A stretch of DNA of 64,000 nt from an uncultured Candidatus Entotheonella sp. (lineage in GTDB: Bacteria; Tectomicrobia; Entotheonellia; Entotheonellales; Entotheonellaceae): the NCBI GenBank assembly GCA_965217185.1, contig OZ244252.1, positions 2,336,001 through 2,400,000 of the forward strand. The letters are read 5' to 3'. How positions within the stretch are numbered: position 1 is the first letter of the stretch; each line of letters opens with the position of its first letter. Shown here piece after piece: positions 42,946 through 52,623 of the stretch. The translations under genes and the position numbers were made by a program. Under the pieces are notes generated by a model. That model was given only the letters and a program-made list of their open reading frames with translations. It was not told where the DNA came from and made no database searches.

Positions 42946-44233
42946 GGGCATCTCTAATAATACCCATCTCCCACGTGGTTTAGAATCACTGAAACACGTC
43001 AACCAACAAGGCCGGAGGAGTGCAACATGGCTCAGATGGGCTTTTTCGATATCGAGAATCGCTACGCCGCTCTGGACGCCAAAAACGATCCCCTGGTGAA
43101 GGTCAACGCTGCCGTTCCGTGGGAAGCGTTCCGCAGCCGCCTGGAGAGAGTCTGGCGCAAGCCAGCCGACAAGCGCAAGTCCAATGCGGGGTGCAAGCCG
43201 TGGGATGCCATCGTCATGTTCAAGGCCATCATTTTGTGCGCCCTCTACAATCTGTCGGACGACCAGGTCGAGTATCAGATGCGCGACCGCCTGTCCTTTG
43301 TGCGCTTCTTGGCCTTGACACTCGAAGACAAGGTGCCCGATGCCAAGACGGTGTGGCTCTACCGCGAACAGTTGTCACAGGCCGGCCTCATCGATGCCTT
43401 GTTCGAGGATTTCGACGGCTACCTGAAAAGCCAGGGCTACCAGGCGATGGGTGGCCAGATCATCGATGCTTCGATTGTCGCGGTTCCCATGCAACGCAAT
43501 CGTCGTGACGACAATGAGCAGATCAAACGGGGTGAGACACCTGAGGCCTGGGCTGACAAGCCAGCCAAGCGTCGACAAAAGGACAGGGATGCGCGCTGGA
43601 CGAAGAAGCACGGCAAGAGCCACTATGGCTACAAGAATCACGTCACCATCGACCGTCGGCACAAGCTGATACGGCGTTACCGGGTGACGGATGCGGCGGT
43701 GCACGACAGCCAAGTGATTGAGGAGTTGCTTACGTCGGACAACACGGCAAGCGGTGTCTGGGCGGACAGCGCCTAGCGGTCGAAAGCCATTGAAGCGACG
43801 CTGAAGGCCAGGGGTTTGAGGAGTCGGATTCATCGCAAGGGCTATCGCAACCGTCCGTTGCGTGATTGGGAGAAAGCAGGCAACCAGAGCCGTTCACGGT
43901 TTCGAGCACGGGTAGAGCATGTCTTCGGGGCGCAGCAAAACGACATGGGCGGGACGTTGGTTCGCAGCATCGGGCTTGTACGGGCGAGGGCGCGGATTAG
44001 GTCTTAAGAACCTTGCCTACAACATGCGTCGCCTGATTCAATTACAACGCCTTGCGAGCGCCAGTTGAGCGCCAACGGTGCGGAAGGGTGCACCGAAGGC
44101 CCTCATTGGAAGGCGAATCCTCCTTGCTGGGAGGCAGTCCCCCTGGACAGCCGAGTTCATTTTCTCACCGACATGCCAGCGAATTGCACTCTCGCCATCT
44201 ATGACTATCCACGAGGCATTTTTCGAGATGCCC
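42946..44233 (+). mobile_element. IS5-family insertion sequence (1288 bp)
   Basis: TIRs GGGCATCTCTAATAATACC / GGGCATCTCGAAAAATGCC (16/19 identical); 4-bp TSD ATTA at 42942-42945 and 44234-44237. Confidence 0.93.
43027..44068 (+). pseudogene. IS5 transposase, inactivated
   Basis: IIDASIV, DRDARWTKK..HYGYKNH, ADSA then in-frame TAG 43774-43776; RARVEHVF; +1 frameshift near 43999 before LKNLAYNMRR. Confidence 0.88.
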
Positions 44234-44957
44234 ATTAGTTAGGTCTCTGCCGACTTTCCATAACGTGCCCGGTATCATCGGTTCGGCGATGGAGGCTGGG
44301 AATGTTCGCTGGTTTGTCGAAAAGGTTAGGTCATCGGCATAACGGGAATAGAAAAGTCGGTTTCGCTTTGCAAGTCGAACAAGACGAATATCCAAGATGC
44401 GCGCAATCAGTTCGGCAATGACCGGCGAACAAGGGCTGCCCTGTGGTAGCGCGTTTTCAAAACAGGCAATTTGTGCAACGACCGTGGCAACTTTGTCGTT
44501 TAATTTGAAATTGCTGTCTTGGATGAAAAATCCCCTAACACGTCCGAAATTGAATGTGGGAAAGAAATCCTGGAGGTCGATATTCAAAACATATCGACGG
44601 TTCTTATGAAGTTTCGCGTTTGTGATGATGGAATGACGTTCTCGGAATCCATGTGATATTGACTGGAGATGTTTGGAACGGTTTTTTCGTTCAATTTCAC
44701 CTATGCAGGCATATAGGATGTTTGCCAAGCGTCGCTGTACGCTTTTCAACTGCTCACAAGGGGCGCATATTCGCCGCTCTCCGCCGCTCTTTTTCGGAAT
44801 GGCAAATTCCTTATATTTTTGGTCTACCGGTATCGCATAGGCAATGTAAGAAAGTCCGCTAGGCTTGTATCCCAAGATACTTGCAAGGTCAGCCAGAGAC
44901 TTGGCGTTCTGCAGATCTGTAAGGCGGGACAAAACGTGTTAATCCTCCAAGGTTCGT

Positions 44958-45135
44958 GGCTTACAGGCACTCCTTTGCGTGAAACCAAGCCATTAGCCCA
45001 ATGCTACTAAGCTTATAGTGCCATTATCTCTCCACTGGAGAAATATAAGCACAAAGGAAGTCAGTGCAGCGTTTATCCCCGCCTGACGTTGTCTTCACAT
45101 ATCGCGAAACGCGATAACAAATCTGCCTGTAAGCC
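44958..45135 (-). ncRNA. Retron msr-msd ncRNA
   Basis: Perfect 12-bp a1/a2 inverted repeat GGCTTACAGGCA (44958-44969) / TGCCTGTAAGCC (45124-45135); candidate branching G at 45123; hairpin TATCGCG-TTT-CGCGATA; directly upstream of the RT. Confidence 0.88.
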
Positions 45136-45396
45136 GACTCATTGCTAGCAAATCTTTTGGCTACCCGCAAGTGTTAATCCGCTTAAACTTGGTTGGACAG
45201 CAGACCACCCGGCCGGGGCCGCAGGACTGTCGTGGTTGCCGCCCAGTTCATGCGGGTGACGGTACCCATGCGGATGGGATGGCACGACATGGAAATGACA
45301 GCTTATGCCCCCCACCGGAGCGTGTCGGCCGTTCGATTTGACCGGAAGATTAAATCACCAGGGAATGGCGAGAGGTTGAGGCACAGGGTAGCCGGT

Positions 45397-47253
45397 TTAC
45401 CCGCCCGCCGTCGCAGCCAACCCGTATTCCTCAATCTGCTCGTCGAAAGCCTCGAACACCTGCTGCCGAAGGTCGTGCATGAACTCGGGCGTCACGAAGT
45501 GGGGCAGTTGCACGTGCGGGTTGTTCTGATAGGAGCGGGCGGGGAGGACGTAGTCGTCCAGGGTGGCGCCTTGTTTGCGTTCCAAAAGCAGGCCGCGCAG
45601 GTAGGTGCGCTGGGTGGCGTGCATGAGGTCGGCGGTGGTCACCTCGACGCCGAACAGGCTGCGGAAGGACGGCTCGATGACGGCATCCGGGGTGCCGGCG
45701 AATTTGCACAGGCCCAGAAGGTCGTCGCGCGTGTAGTAAATGCCCTTGTTGACGATGGCGTCCACCCAGTAGTCAAGCTCGGTTCGGCCCTCGAAGACGA
45801 GCAGCAGGAAGGTGCGCATCGACATGTGGCCGCCGGCGATGGCGAACGGGTAGCCGGGGTTGGTTTCCGGCAGGTAGGCGGGCAGTTCCAGGCCCTTGCA
45901 GTGCATGGCGTAGTCGGTTTCGCCGAGGGCTTCCGAGAGGCGTTTGACGCCCATGCCGATGTCCGGGCAATCGCCGGCCGCGGCCTGGCGGATGATCTCG
46001 CAGGTGGCGTCGAAATCGCCGAAGCTCAGGCCGCCGAGAACGGGCTGCTCGGGGTGTTGGCGGTTGTAGTCCATGGCATAGCCGAGCGTCACGCCGAGGC
46101 TGATGGAGTCGAAGCCCAGTTGGTCGACCAGTTCGACGATATCCAGCGCCTGCTGTTGATCGTAGATGCCGAGGTTGATGGTCATCAGGTCGAGCGGCTC
46201 GTAATCGAACTTGGCGTAGAACTTGCCGGCCTTGCGGCGGCCGTCGGACTCGTCGACGTCATAGATGTTCTTGTGGCAGGCGATGCCGCACTGGAAGCAC
46301 GACTCGTCCTTGATAAGGTACGGCTCCTCCATGGAACTGCGGTACAGGCTGGACGGCGAGTCGTCGCCCTGCGGCCAGAAATTGGTTTCCGGCAGCGCGC
46401 CCATAGGGTGCAGGCCGGCAACGTTGCGCCAGGTGCCGCCGGCGCCGTTGGCCTTTTTGGCGTCACGATAGTTGCGCGAGCCCTCGCCGCGGCTGATTTC
46501 CTTGTTGGCTTCCCGCACCTCGGCAGACAGCTTGCCGCGTTTCAGGTCGGGCGCCTGGGCGACCACGGCCAGCAGGTTCTTGGAGCCCATGACGCTGCCC
46601 ATGCCGCCGCGCCCGGCGAACCTCGGCTTGCACTGCCGCGATTGCAACTGGTTGACCGTGCTGCAGGCGATGGCCGCATAGGCGTTGTGCTGCCAGTTCT
46701 CGCCCGCCGGTCCGAGCGCCGCCACATGCGAATCCGCATGGCGGTCGGCGAGTTGCATGATCTTGTCGTGCGTCGTTTGCCCCACGAGGTCGCCGGCGTC
46801 TTCCAGCGACAAGCTCAGGTTGCCGTCGTCGTTGCGGATCAGCAGGTAGACCGGACGCGCCGCCCGCCCGACGAATACCACCTCGTCCACGCCGCCGGCG
46901 AGCATCTTGGTGCCGAATTTGCCGGACGCCGTCGACCACATGGCGAGCGGTTGGCCGTTGTTGGCGGCCTTGAGCGGACTGTAGGCGGAGAAGAACACGC
47001 GTAGGCCGGTCATGAGTTCGGTGCCGGAGAAGACGCCGAGGTTCATGATCAGCGGCGCCGCGGGGGCATAGGCATCGCTCACGTCGTGCTCAGCCAAGGA
47101 TTTGAAGGCGCGCCCGATGCCGCCGAGGAAGTCTTCCATGTCGGCGCAAGCGACTTCCTCTTGCTCGATTCGCGCCTCTCCGAGATCAATGCGCACGCGC
47201 CGAAAACGGTAGTCCGTAAGCTGTTTGGGGTCGCTGGTGACTGAAGTTCGCAT
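45397..47253 (-). CDS. Aldehyde:ferredoxin oxidoreductase family (W/Mo) protein
   Basis: FAGRGGMGSVMGSKNL, CFQCGIACHK, DQLGFDSISLG, KGLELPAY, DLLGLCKF. Confidence 0.85.
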   Translation of the reverse strand: MRTSVTSDPKQLTDYRFRRVRIDLGEARIEQEEVACADMEDFLGGIGRAFKSLAEHDVSDAYAPAAPLIMNLGVFSGTELMTGLRVFFSAYSPLKAANNGQPLAMWSTASGKFGTKMLAGGVDEVVFVGRAARPVYLLIRNDDGNLSLSLEDAGDLVGQTTHDKIMQLADRHADSHVAALGPAGENWQHNAYAAIACSTVNQLQSRQCKPRFAGRGGMGSVMGSKNLLAVVAQAPDLKRGKLSAEVREANKEISRGEGSRNYRDAKKANGAGGTWRNVAGLHPMGALPETNFWPQGDDSPSSLYRSSMEEPYLIKDESCFQCGIACHKNIYDVDESDGRRKAGKFYAKFDYEPLDLMTINLGIYDQQQALDIVELVDQLGFDSISLGVTLGYAMDYNRQHPEQPVLGGLSFGDFDATCEIIRQAAAGDCPDIGMGVKRLSEALGETDYAMHCKGLELPAYLPETNPGYPFAIAGGHMSMRTFLLLVFEGRTELDYWVDAIVNKGIYYTRDDLLGLCKFAGTPDAVIEPSFRSLFGVEVTTADLMHATQRTYLRGLLLERKQGATLDDYVLPARSYQNNPHVQLPHFVTPEFMHDLRQQVFEAFDEQIEEYGLAATAGG

Positions 47254-47408
47254 CGTATATGATTCTCCCTGAAATACGTGAGCGGATGACATGGCGGGAC
47301 CCGCTTGCCCGCCGCCTCATTTTTGTACGCTTTCCTGCCGCTCTCGTCAAACCGCGTCGCGTGCCGCCCTGCGACATTGCCAGAATCAGAGTAAGGAGAA
47401 CCGAACCG

Positions 47409-48200
47409 ATGCGCGAGAACACACTGAAAGCGATCTGGGCGCGCGGCGATGCCGTCGTCAACGGCTGGCTGTCGATCCCCAGCGCTTTCTCCGCCGAGAT
47501 CATGGCCCACCAGGGGTTCGATTCGCTGACGGTCGACATGCAGCACGGCGTCGTCGACTACCAGACCGCCGTCACCATGCTGCAGGCGGTGTCCACCACC
47601 AGCACCATTCCCCTGGCGCGTGTGGCCTGGAACGATCCGGCGCTGCTGATGAAAATCCTCGATGCCGGCGTGCTCGGCGTGATCTGCCCGATGATCAGCA
47701 CCGTTGAGCAGGCCGAGGCCATGGTGAAAGCCTGCAAGTACCCGCCGCAGGGCTATCGCAGTTGGGGGCCGGTGCGTGCCTCTATCTACGCGGGGGCGGA
47801 TTACGGCGACCACGCCAACGACGACGTGCTGGTCATGCCGATGATCGAGACCGCCGAAGCGCTCGAAAACCTCGACGCCATCCTGCAGGTGCCCGGCATC
47901 GACGCGGTGTACGTTGGCCCCTCGGACCTGAGCCTGGCGCTGGGCTACAAGCCGCGCCTGGATCAGGACGAGCCTGCGGTGGTGGACGCGCTGCGGCGCA
48001 TCGTTTCCACCTGCAAGAAGTACGGCATCATCGCCGGCCTGCACAACAACACGCCGCAATACGCCCTCAAGATGATCGAGGAGGGCTACCAGTTCGTCAC
48101 CATCGCGTCGGAGAGCCGCTTCATGGCGGCCAAGGCGGCCGAGGAAGTCGCCGTCATGCGGCAGGGCAACGTGAAGGCCGGCACCATTCCGGCCTACTGA
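47409..48200 (+). CDS. HpcH/HpaI aldolase family protein
   Basis: DMQHG, KILDAG, MIET, VGPSDL; AAGGAG RBS. Confidence 0.88.
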   Translation: MRENTLKAIWARGDAVVNGWLSIPSAFSAEIMAHQGFDSLTVDMQHGVVDYQTAVTMLQAVSTTSTIPLARVAWNDPALLMKILDAGVLGVICPMISTVEQAEAMVKACKYPPQGYRSWGPVRASIYAGADYGDHANDDVLVMPMIETAEALENLDAILQVPGIDAVYVGPSDLSLALGYKPRLDQDEPAVVDALRRIVSTCKKYGIIAGLHNNTPQYALKMIEEGYQFVTIASESRFMAAKAAEEVAVMRQGNVKAGTIPAY

Positions 48201-48266
48201 GGCCCGCCGCTCCCCCGTCGCAGCCCTGTGAGGCGTGGTGCAAATGACAATCGCCCGGCGGCAATT

Positions 48267-48304
48267 CCCTCACCCCGACCCTCTCCCGCCAAGGGAGAGG
48301 GGGG
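48267..48304. repeat. C/G palindromic element, intergenic, opposite asymmetry
   Basis: CCCTCACCCCGACCCTCTCCC-GCCAA-GGGAGAGGG. Confidence 0.88.
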
Positions 48305-48360
48305 AAAAGACCTTTTCAAGGCATTTTGAGTGGCATTAAATTTCCGTAAGGAGGCACGCC

Positions 48361-49473
48361 ATGCACGTGGGTTATGCACCGCTTTTCCAGAATCCCGGCA
48401 ACGCCCTGTCGGACGCCGAGGTCTACGCCCAAGAACTGCGGCTCGCCGAAATGGCCGAGCCCCTCGGGTTCGACTCGGTGTGGTCGGTGGAGCACCATTT
48501 CACCGATTACACCATGTGCCCCGACGTGCTGCAGTTTCTCTCCTACATGGCCGGCAAGACGCAGCGCGTCAAGCTAGGCTCAATGGTCGTGGTGCTGCCG
48601 TGGCACGATCCGGTGCGGGTGGCCGAGCAGATCGTGATGCTCGACCACCTGTCGGGCGGGCGCGTCATCCTGGGCCTTGGCCGCGGCCTGGCGCGGGTGG
48701 AGTACGAAGGGTTTCGCATCGACCAGAACGAGGGCCGACAGCGCTTCGTGGAATACGCCGAGCTGGTGCTGCAGGGGTTGGAACGGGGCTACATCGAAGG
48801 CGGCGAAACGCTGCAACAGCCGCGCCGCGATTTACGCCCGTATCCCATGCGTTCCTTCCGCGGCCGCACCTTCGCGGCGGCGGTGTCGCCGGAGTCCATG
48901 CCCATCATGGCGCGCCTCGGCGTCGGCCTGCTGGTGATTCCGCAGAAGCCGTGGGACGTCGTCGAGCAGGATTTCGCCGTCTACACTCAGGTCTACCGCG
49001 AGGAGAACGGCTGCGAGCCGCCGCAACCCTTCTGCGGCGGGTTTTTCTTCGTCGATGAGAACGCCGACCGCGCCGAGGAGTTGGCCCACAAATACATCGG
49101 CGGCTACTACCACACCGTCATGCGGCACTACGAAATGACCGCCGAGCACTTCGGCACCCACAAGGGCTACGAGTTCTACCGCAACGTCGGCAGCTACATC
49201 GGGCGCCACGGCATGGACAGCGCGGCGCGCGACTTCACCAAGCTGATGCCCTGGGGCACGCCGCAACAGGTGCTCGACAAGCTGGCGCTCATCCGCGACA
49301 AGATCGACATGAACGGCATCATGTGCCACTTCGGCTTTGCCGGCATGCCTTACGATGAGGCCGAGCGCAACATGAAATGCTTTGTCCGGCACGTGTTGCC
49401 GGAATTGAAGTCGTGGTCGACCACGCCCCTGAGCGAGCCCGCCCTGCTCGCCGGTGCGGCGCCGGCAGCCTGA
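48361..49473 (+). CDS. LLM-class flavin-dependent oxidoreductase
   Basis: GFDSVWSVEHHF, PVRVAEQIVMLDHLSGGRVILGLGRG. Confidence 0.9.
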   Translation: MHVGYAPLFQNPGNALSDAEVYAQELRLAEMAEPLGFDSVWSVEHHFTDYTMCPDVLQFLSYMAGKTQRVKLGSMVVVLPWHDPVRVAEQIVMLDHLSGGRVILGLGRGLARVEYEGFRIDQNEGRQRFVEYAELVLQGLERGYIEGGETLQQPRRDLRPYPMRSFRGRTFAAAVSPESMPIMARLGVGLLVIPQKPWDVVEQDFAVYTQVYREENGCEPPQPFCGGFFFVDENADRAEELAHKYIGGYYHTVMRHYEMTAEHFGTHKGYEFYRNVGSYIGRHGMDSAARDFTKLMPWGTPQQVLDKLALIRDKIDMNGIMCHFGFAGMPYDEAERNMKCFVRHVLPELKSWSTTPLSEPALLAGAAPAA

Positions 49474-49507
49474 GGCGCCTGACATTGGCAAAGGAGTTGA
49501 ACGAGAG

Positions 49508-50389
49508 ATGAATACGCTTTTCGAATCCGATCTACGCTCCCTGAAACGCCTGCGTCAGGGCAAGGTGCGCGACATTTATGAGGTCGATGACGAGAATCTG
49601 CTCATCGTGGCGTCCGACCGTCTGTCGGCGTTTGACGTCGTGCTGCCGACGCCCATCCCCGACAAGGGCGGCATCCTGACGCGCATGTCGAACTTCTGGT
49701 TCGCGCGCACCGCGTCCGTCGTGCCCAATCATCTGAGCGACCGGCGGGTGGATGAGGTGCTGAGCGCCGAGGAGGTTGCGCAGGTGGGCGACCGCGCCGT
49801 GGTGGTTCGGCGGCTCCAGCCGTTGCCGGTGGAGGCCATTGTGCGCGGCTACATAACGGGGTCGGCGTGGTCCGAATACAAACGGCAGGGCACGGTGTGC
49901 GGCCTGCCGCTACCGGCCGGGCTGCAGGAGTCGGAGCAGTTCCCGGAACCGATCTTCACGCCGTCGACGAAGGCGCCGGAGGGGGAGCACGACCTCAACA
50001 TTTCGTTCGACGAGATGTGCAAGGTGCTGGGTGGGGATACACGGCTGGCCGAGCGCATTCGGGACACCAGCCTGCGGGTCTATCAAGAGGCCGCGGCCTG
50101 CGCGCTGGAACGCGGCATTATCATCGCTGACACCAAGTTCGAGCTGGCCCTGATGGACGACGAGTTGTATCTGATCGACGAAATCCTGACACCGGATTCG
50201 TCGCGTTTCTGGCCGCTGGAACAATACGAGGCGGGACGCGGGCAGCCAAGCTTCGACAAGCAGTACGTGCGCGATTACCTCAGCAGCACTGGCTGGAACA
50301 AAACCCCGCCAGCACCTGAACTGCCCGCCGAGATCGTGACGCAGACCGCCGAGAAGTACCGCGACGCCCTGCGCCTGCTGACGGCGTAG
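49508..50389 (+). CDS. purC: SAICAR synthetase
   Basis: GKVRDIY, SDRLSAFD, IIADTKFE, LTPDSSRFW, FDKQYVRD. Confidence 0.96.
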   Translation: MNTLFESDLRSLKRLRQGKVRDIYEVDDENLLIVASDRLSAFDVVLPTPIPDKGGILTRMSNFWFARTASVVPNHLSDRRVDEVLSAEEVAQVGDRAVVVRRLQPLPVEAIVRGYITGSAWSEYKRQGTVCGLPLPAGLQESEQFPEPIFTPSTKAPEGEHDLNISFDEMCKVLGGDTRLAERIRDTSLRVYQEAAACALERGIIIADTKFELALMDDELYLIDEILTPDSSRFWPLEQYEAGRGQPSFDKQYVRDYLSSTGWNKTPPAPELPAEIVTQTAEKYRDALRLLTA

Positions 50390-50412
50390 GGTTTCTATCC
50401 CGAGGTTACGTC

Positions 50413-50625
50413 GTGACCGAAATCATCTTCGAAGTCACCGAGGACGAAGTGGACGGGGGCTATTCGGCCAGTGCGCTGGGCTACGGGATCCACACCAAGG
50501 GCGAATCGCTGGAAGAAATCCGCCGCAACGTCAAGGAAGCCGTTGACTGCTACTTCGACGAAACCATGGACCGACCCCAGTTGATCCGCCTGCATTTCGT
50601 GCGTGACGAAATCCTGATGGCATGA
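50413..50625 (+). CDS. HicB-like antitoxin
   Basis: DGGYSASALGYGIHTKGESLEEIRRNVKEAV. Confidence 0.8.
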   Translation: MTEIIFEVTEDEVDGGYSASALGYGIHTKGESLEEIRRNVKEAVDCYFDETMDRPQLIRLHFVRDEILMA

Positions 50626-50709
50626 AGCTGCCCCGCAACGTGAGCGGCGCCAGCCTGCAGGCTTCACTTTGACGGCTGCGCTACGAGGCGGTGCGACAAC
50701 GGGGCTGTT
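50622..50709 (+). pseudogene. HicA toxin fragment
   Basis: MKLPRNVSGASLQASL*RLRYEAVRQRG: internal stop, truncated before the catalytic His. Confidence 0.72.
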
Positions 50710-50778
50710 CAGGCATCTCGGTTCTCCTCTTTGACTAACTCTATACGACGGCTAGCATGAGGCAGTGTACGTCTCAGC

Positions 50779-50841
50779 GCATAACGACCAAGCTCAGCGG
50801 CGCGGCTGCTTGTCCGCGTCCGCTGAAGCGTCCTGTTGTGC
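50779..50841 (-). other. Integron attC site 1 (63 bp)
   Basis: Minus strand GCACAAC-aggac-GCTTCAGC...GCTGAGC-ttggtc-GTTATGC. Confidence 0.82.
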
Positions 50842-51072
50842 GATGCGACACTTTTCGTATACAAACTCGGGATCAAGGTCAGCACCCGATTCCCATGCAA
50901 TTGCGTCAAAAGACACATGCGCGGTCTTGAAGATATCCGGATCTTTGATTTTCTTGAAAACTCCGAAACTCAGATAGGGTTTCATATCTAATGATCCATT
51001 CTCCCCATTGTCGAAGGATACTGACAAGATATAATCATCTTCGCACTCCACAGATGTCACGGCAGGGTGCAT
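50794..51072 (-). CDS. DUF2442 protein (putative antitoxin)
   Basis: VECEDDYILSVSFDNGE...IAWESGADLDPEFVY. Confidence 0.82.
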   Translation of the reverse strand: MHPAVTSVECEDDYILSVSFDNGENGSLDMKPYLSFGVFKKIKDPDIFKTAHVSFDAIAWESGADLDPEFVYEKCRIAQQDASADADKQPRR

Positions 51073-51082
51073 CGAATTGTCC

Positions 51083-51349
51083 TCATTGTAGGGGTTGAAT
51101 CTTAAACGGTTCTTCACCATTCATGACGAGTTCCCAGTTTGCCATAAGATCTTCTTGGTGAAGCTCGGCCCACGCCAAAACCAACTTGGTCTGCTTTTTA
51201 GGCAGCTTGCCGTCAATAATCTCGCAAGTGCCAATATCAACCCTTGCCCTATATTCAGCATAATAAACGTGAAAGTGAGGCGGTGGGTGCTCGCCGGGAG
51301 CAAAATACATCCTGACGATGATGCCATAGAACATTGATATAGTGGGCAC
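51083..51349 (-). CDS. DUF4160 protein (putative toxin)
   Basis: MPTISMFYGIIVRMY..EHPPPHFH...WAELHQEDLMANW. Confidence 0.88.
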   Translation of the reverse strand: MPTISMFYGIIVRMYFAPGEHPPPHFHVYYAEYRARVDIGTCEIIDGKLPKKQTKLVLAWAELHQEDLMANWELVMNGEEPFKIQPLQ

Positions 51350-51383
51350 TACGGAATTCTCACTTAGTCAATGAGCTTCTTCC

Positions 51384-51455
51384 GCCAAACGACCAAGCTC
51401 AGCCGCGGACACACCGCGTAGCGGGTTGGCCGTTGGCTGCAGCGCCGTGTTATGC
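51384..51455 (-). other. Integron attC site 2 (72 bp)
   Basis: Minus strand GCATAAC-acggc-GCTGCAGC...GCTGAGC-ttggtc-GTTTGGC. Confidence 0.85.
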
Positions 51456-51620
51456 CGCGGAAGGTTTGACACGCTTCGATGGGCGAGTGATCGGCTTTTG
51501 GCCACTCGCTTTCTGCTGCCGCCTCAACGCCTCCCCGATGGCCTTGATGTCATAGTTGAAGCGTCGAGCAAGCTCTTCGCGCCTGCTCCGGGTTTCTTCG
51601 ACGATTGGGTCTTTCCACAT
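51450..51620 (-). CDS. 56-aa hypothetical protein (putative TA partner), not in the ORF track
   Basis: MWKDPIVEETRSRREELARRFNYDIKAIGEALRRQQKASGQKPITRPSKRVKPSAA*; its TAA lies in the attC2 R'' box; AGGA RBS. Confidence 0.7.
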   Translation of the reverse strand: MWKDPIVEETRSRREELARRFNYDIKAIGEALRRQQKASGQKPITRPSKRVKPSAA

Positions 51621-51728
51621 TGTCCTATGCCTCCAATGAGGACGGCATTTTTGTTGCCCTGTTCGTCAATAACAAATTGAACGCCTTTCCCGATACCTCT
51701 TCCTTCCCTCGTTGTCCTGCTCCCTCCC

Positions 51729-52496
51729 CTATGCGAACGTCGCCGAAACGGCGCCCACCGACGAAAAGTGCGTTTCCCAGCTCTCGCCCTGCTTGATGGG
51801 CAGCGGCTTGGTGAACGAACCGGTGATGACGCACTGCCCGGCCTCCAGCGCCCTGTCAAAGGCGGCGAGCTGGTTGGCGAGCCAAGCCAGGGATTGGAGT
51901 TGATCGTCGATGACCTCGGCGCCAACGAGGGTGGCGATGACGTTGCCATCGGTCTTGATCTCGGCGGTGACCTCGCCCAGCACCAATTCCTGCGGGTACG
52001 GCTCCACCGCGGTGTGCGTCACGTAGCCCCACTGGCTGACGTTGTCGGCGATGCCCAGGGGCAAATCCTCCGCCATTTTGACCTGCAGCGACACAACCTC
52101 GAACGACGGCGCCACCGAACTGACCGCGTTGAGCGCCTGCTCGCGGGTCACGCCAGGGCCGCGCAGCGTTTCGCCGAGGGTGAAGCAAAGCTCGGATTCG
52201 ATGGCCGGGTTGACGATGTCGGCGAAATTGAAGCGGTGGCCGCTGCCGTAGGCGTTGCTTTCCAGCAGGAAGCCGAAAGCCGGATCGCCGGTGGCGTAGA
52301 TCTGTCGAATGGCGTCGGCTGTCAACCCGATTTTCCACCCCGCCTGCGTTTCGCCGCTGGCCTTGTAATGCTCCAGAACTCCCAGCTGGACCTGGTAAGC
52401 GTCATGCAACGACAGCTTGCCCTGCAGCGCCTCGGGCGCGTGATCGCCCCGCTGCAAACCCTGCCACTTGATCTCGATTGCCTCGTCAACGGCCAT
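51729..52496 (-). CDS. 2-keto-4-pentenoate hydratase/FAH family protein
   Basis: AYQVQ, GWKIGLT, IESELCF, IADN, ITGSFT. Confidence 0.87.
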   Translation of the reverse strand: MAVDEAIEIKWQGLQRGDHAPEALQGKLSLHDAYQVQLGVLEHYKASGETQAGWKIGLTADAIRQIYATGDPAFGFLLESNAYGSGHRFNFADIVNPAIESELCFTLGETLRGPGVTREQALNAVSSVAPSFEVVSLQVKMAEDLPLGIADNVSQWGYVTHTAVEPYPQELVLGEVTAEIKTDGNVIATLVGAEVIDDQLQSLAWLANQLAAFDRALEAGQCVITGSFTKPLPIKQGESWETHFSSVGAVSATFA

Positions 52497-52623
52497 TCTG
52501 GTTCTCCTTATTCATTGCGAAAGATGGCGTGCCTGTCCCGTTAGGCAACGGGGGCGGAATGTAGCAAACACCCCTCACCGGGGGCAAGTTGCCGCGCCGA
52601 CGAGTCGGTTCGCAGCTCGCTTT

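Larger units (their letters stand above)
41889..44932 (-). pseudogene. Retron reverse transcriptase-TOPRIM fusion (Ec67-like) interrupted by IS5
   Basis: NAKLH (retron NAxxH), LPQGSPCS, YADD, VTGLIVN; TOPRIM VCEGKTD and DNDDG; joins in frame to 583 aa after IS removal. Confidence 0.92.

Noticed and set aside
44165..44233. C-terminus NGHLEKCLVDSHRWRECNSLACR of the 255-aa RT ORF
   Set aside because: It is read-through into the IS5 end, not RT sequence
44936..45180. 10-bp direct repeat GTGTTAATCC flanking the retron ncRNA
   Set aside because: A single short match with no TIRs; chance cannot be excluded
45193..47004. 603-aa plus-strand ORF, and similar long ORFs at 12063-13751, 21644-23194 and 39548-41143
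   Set aside because: Antisense shadows of genuine GC-rich genes with no recognisable motifs
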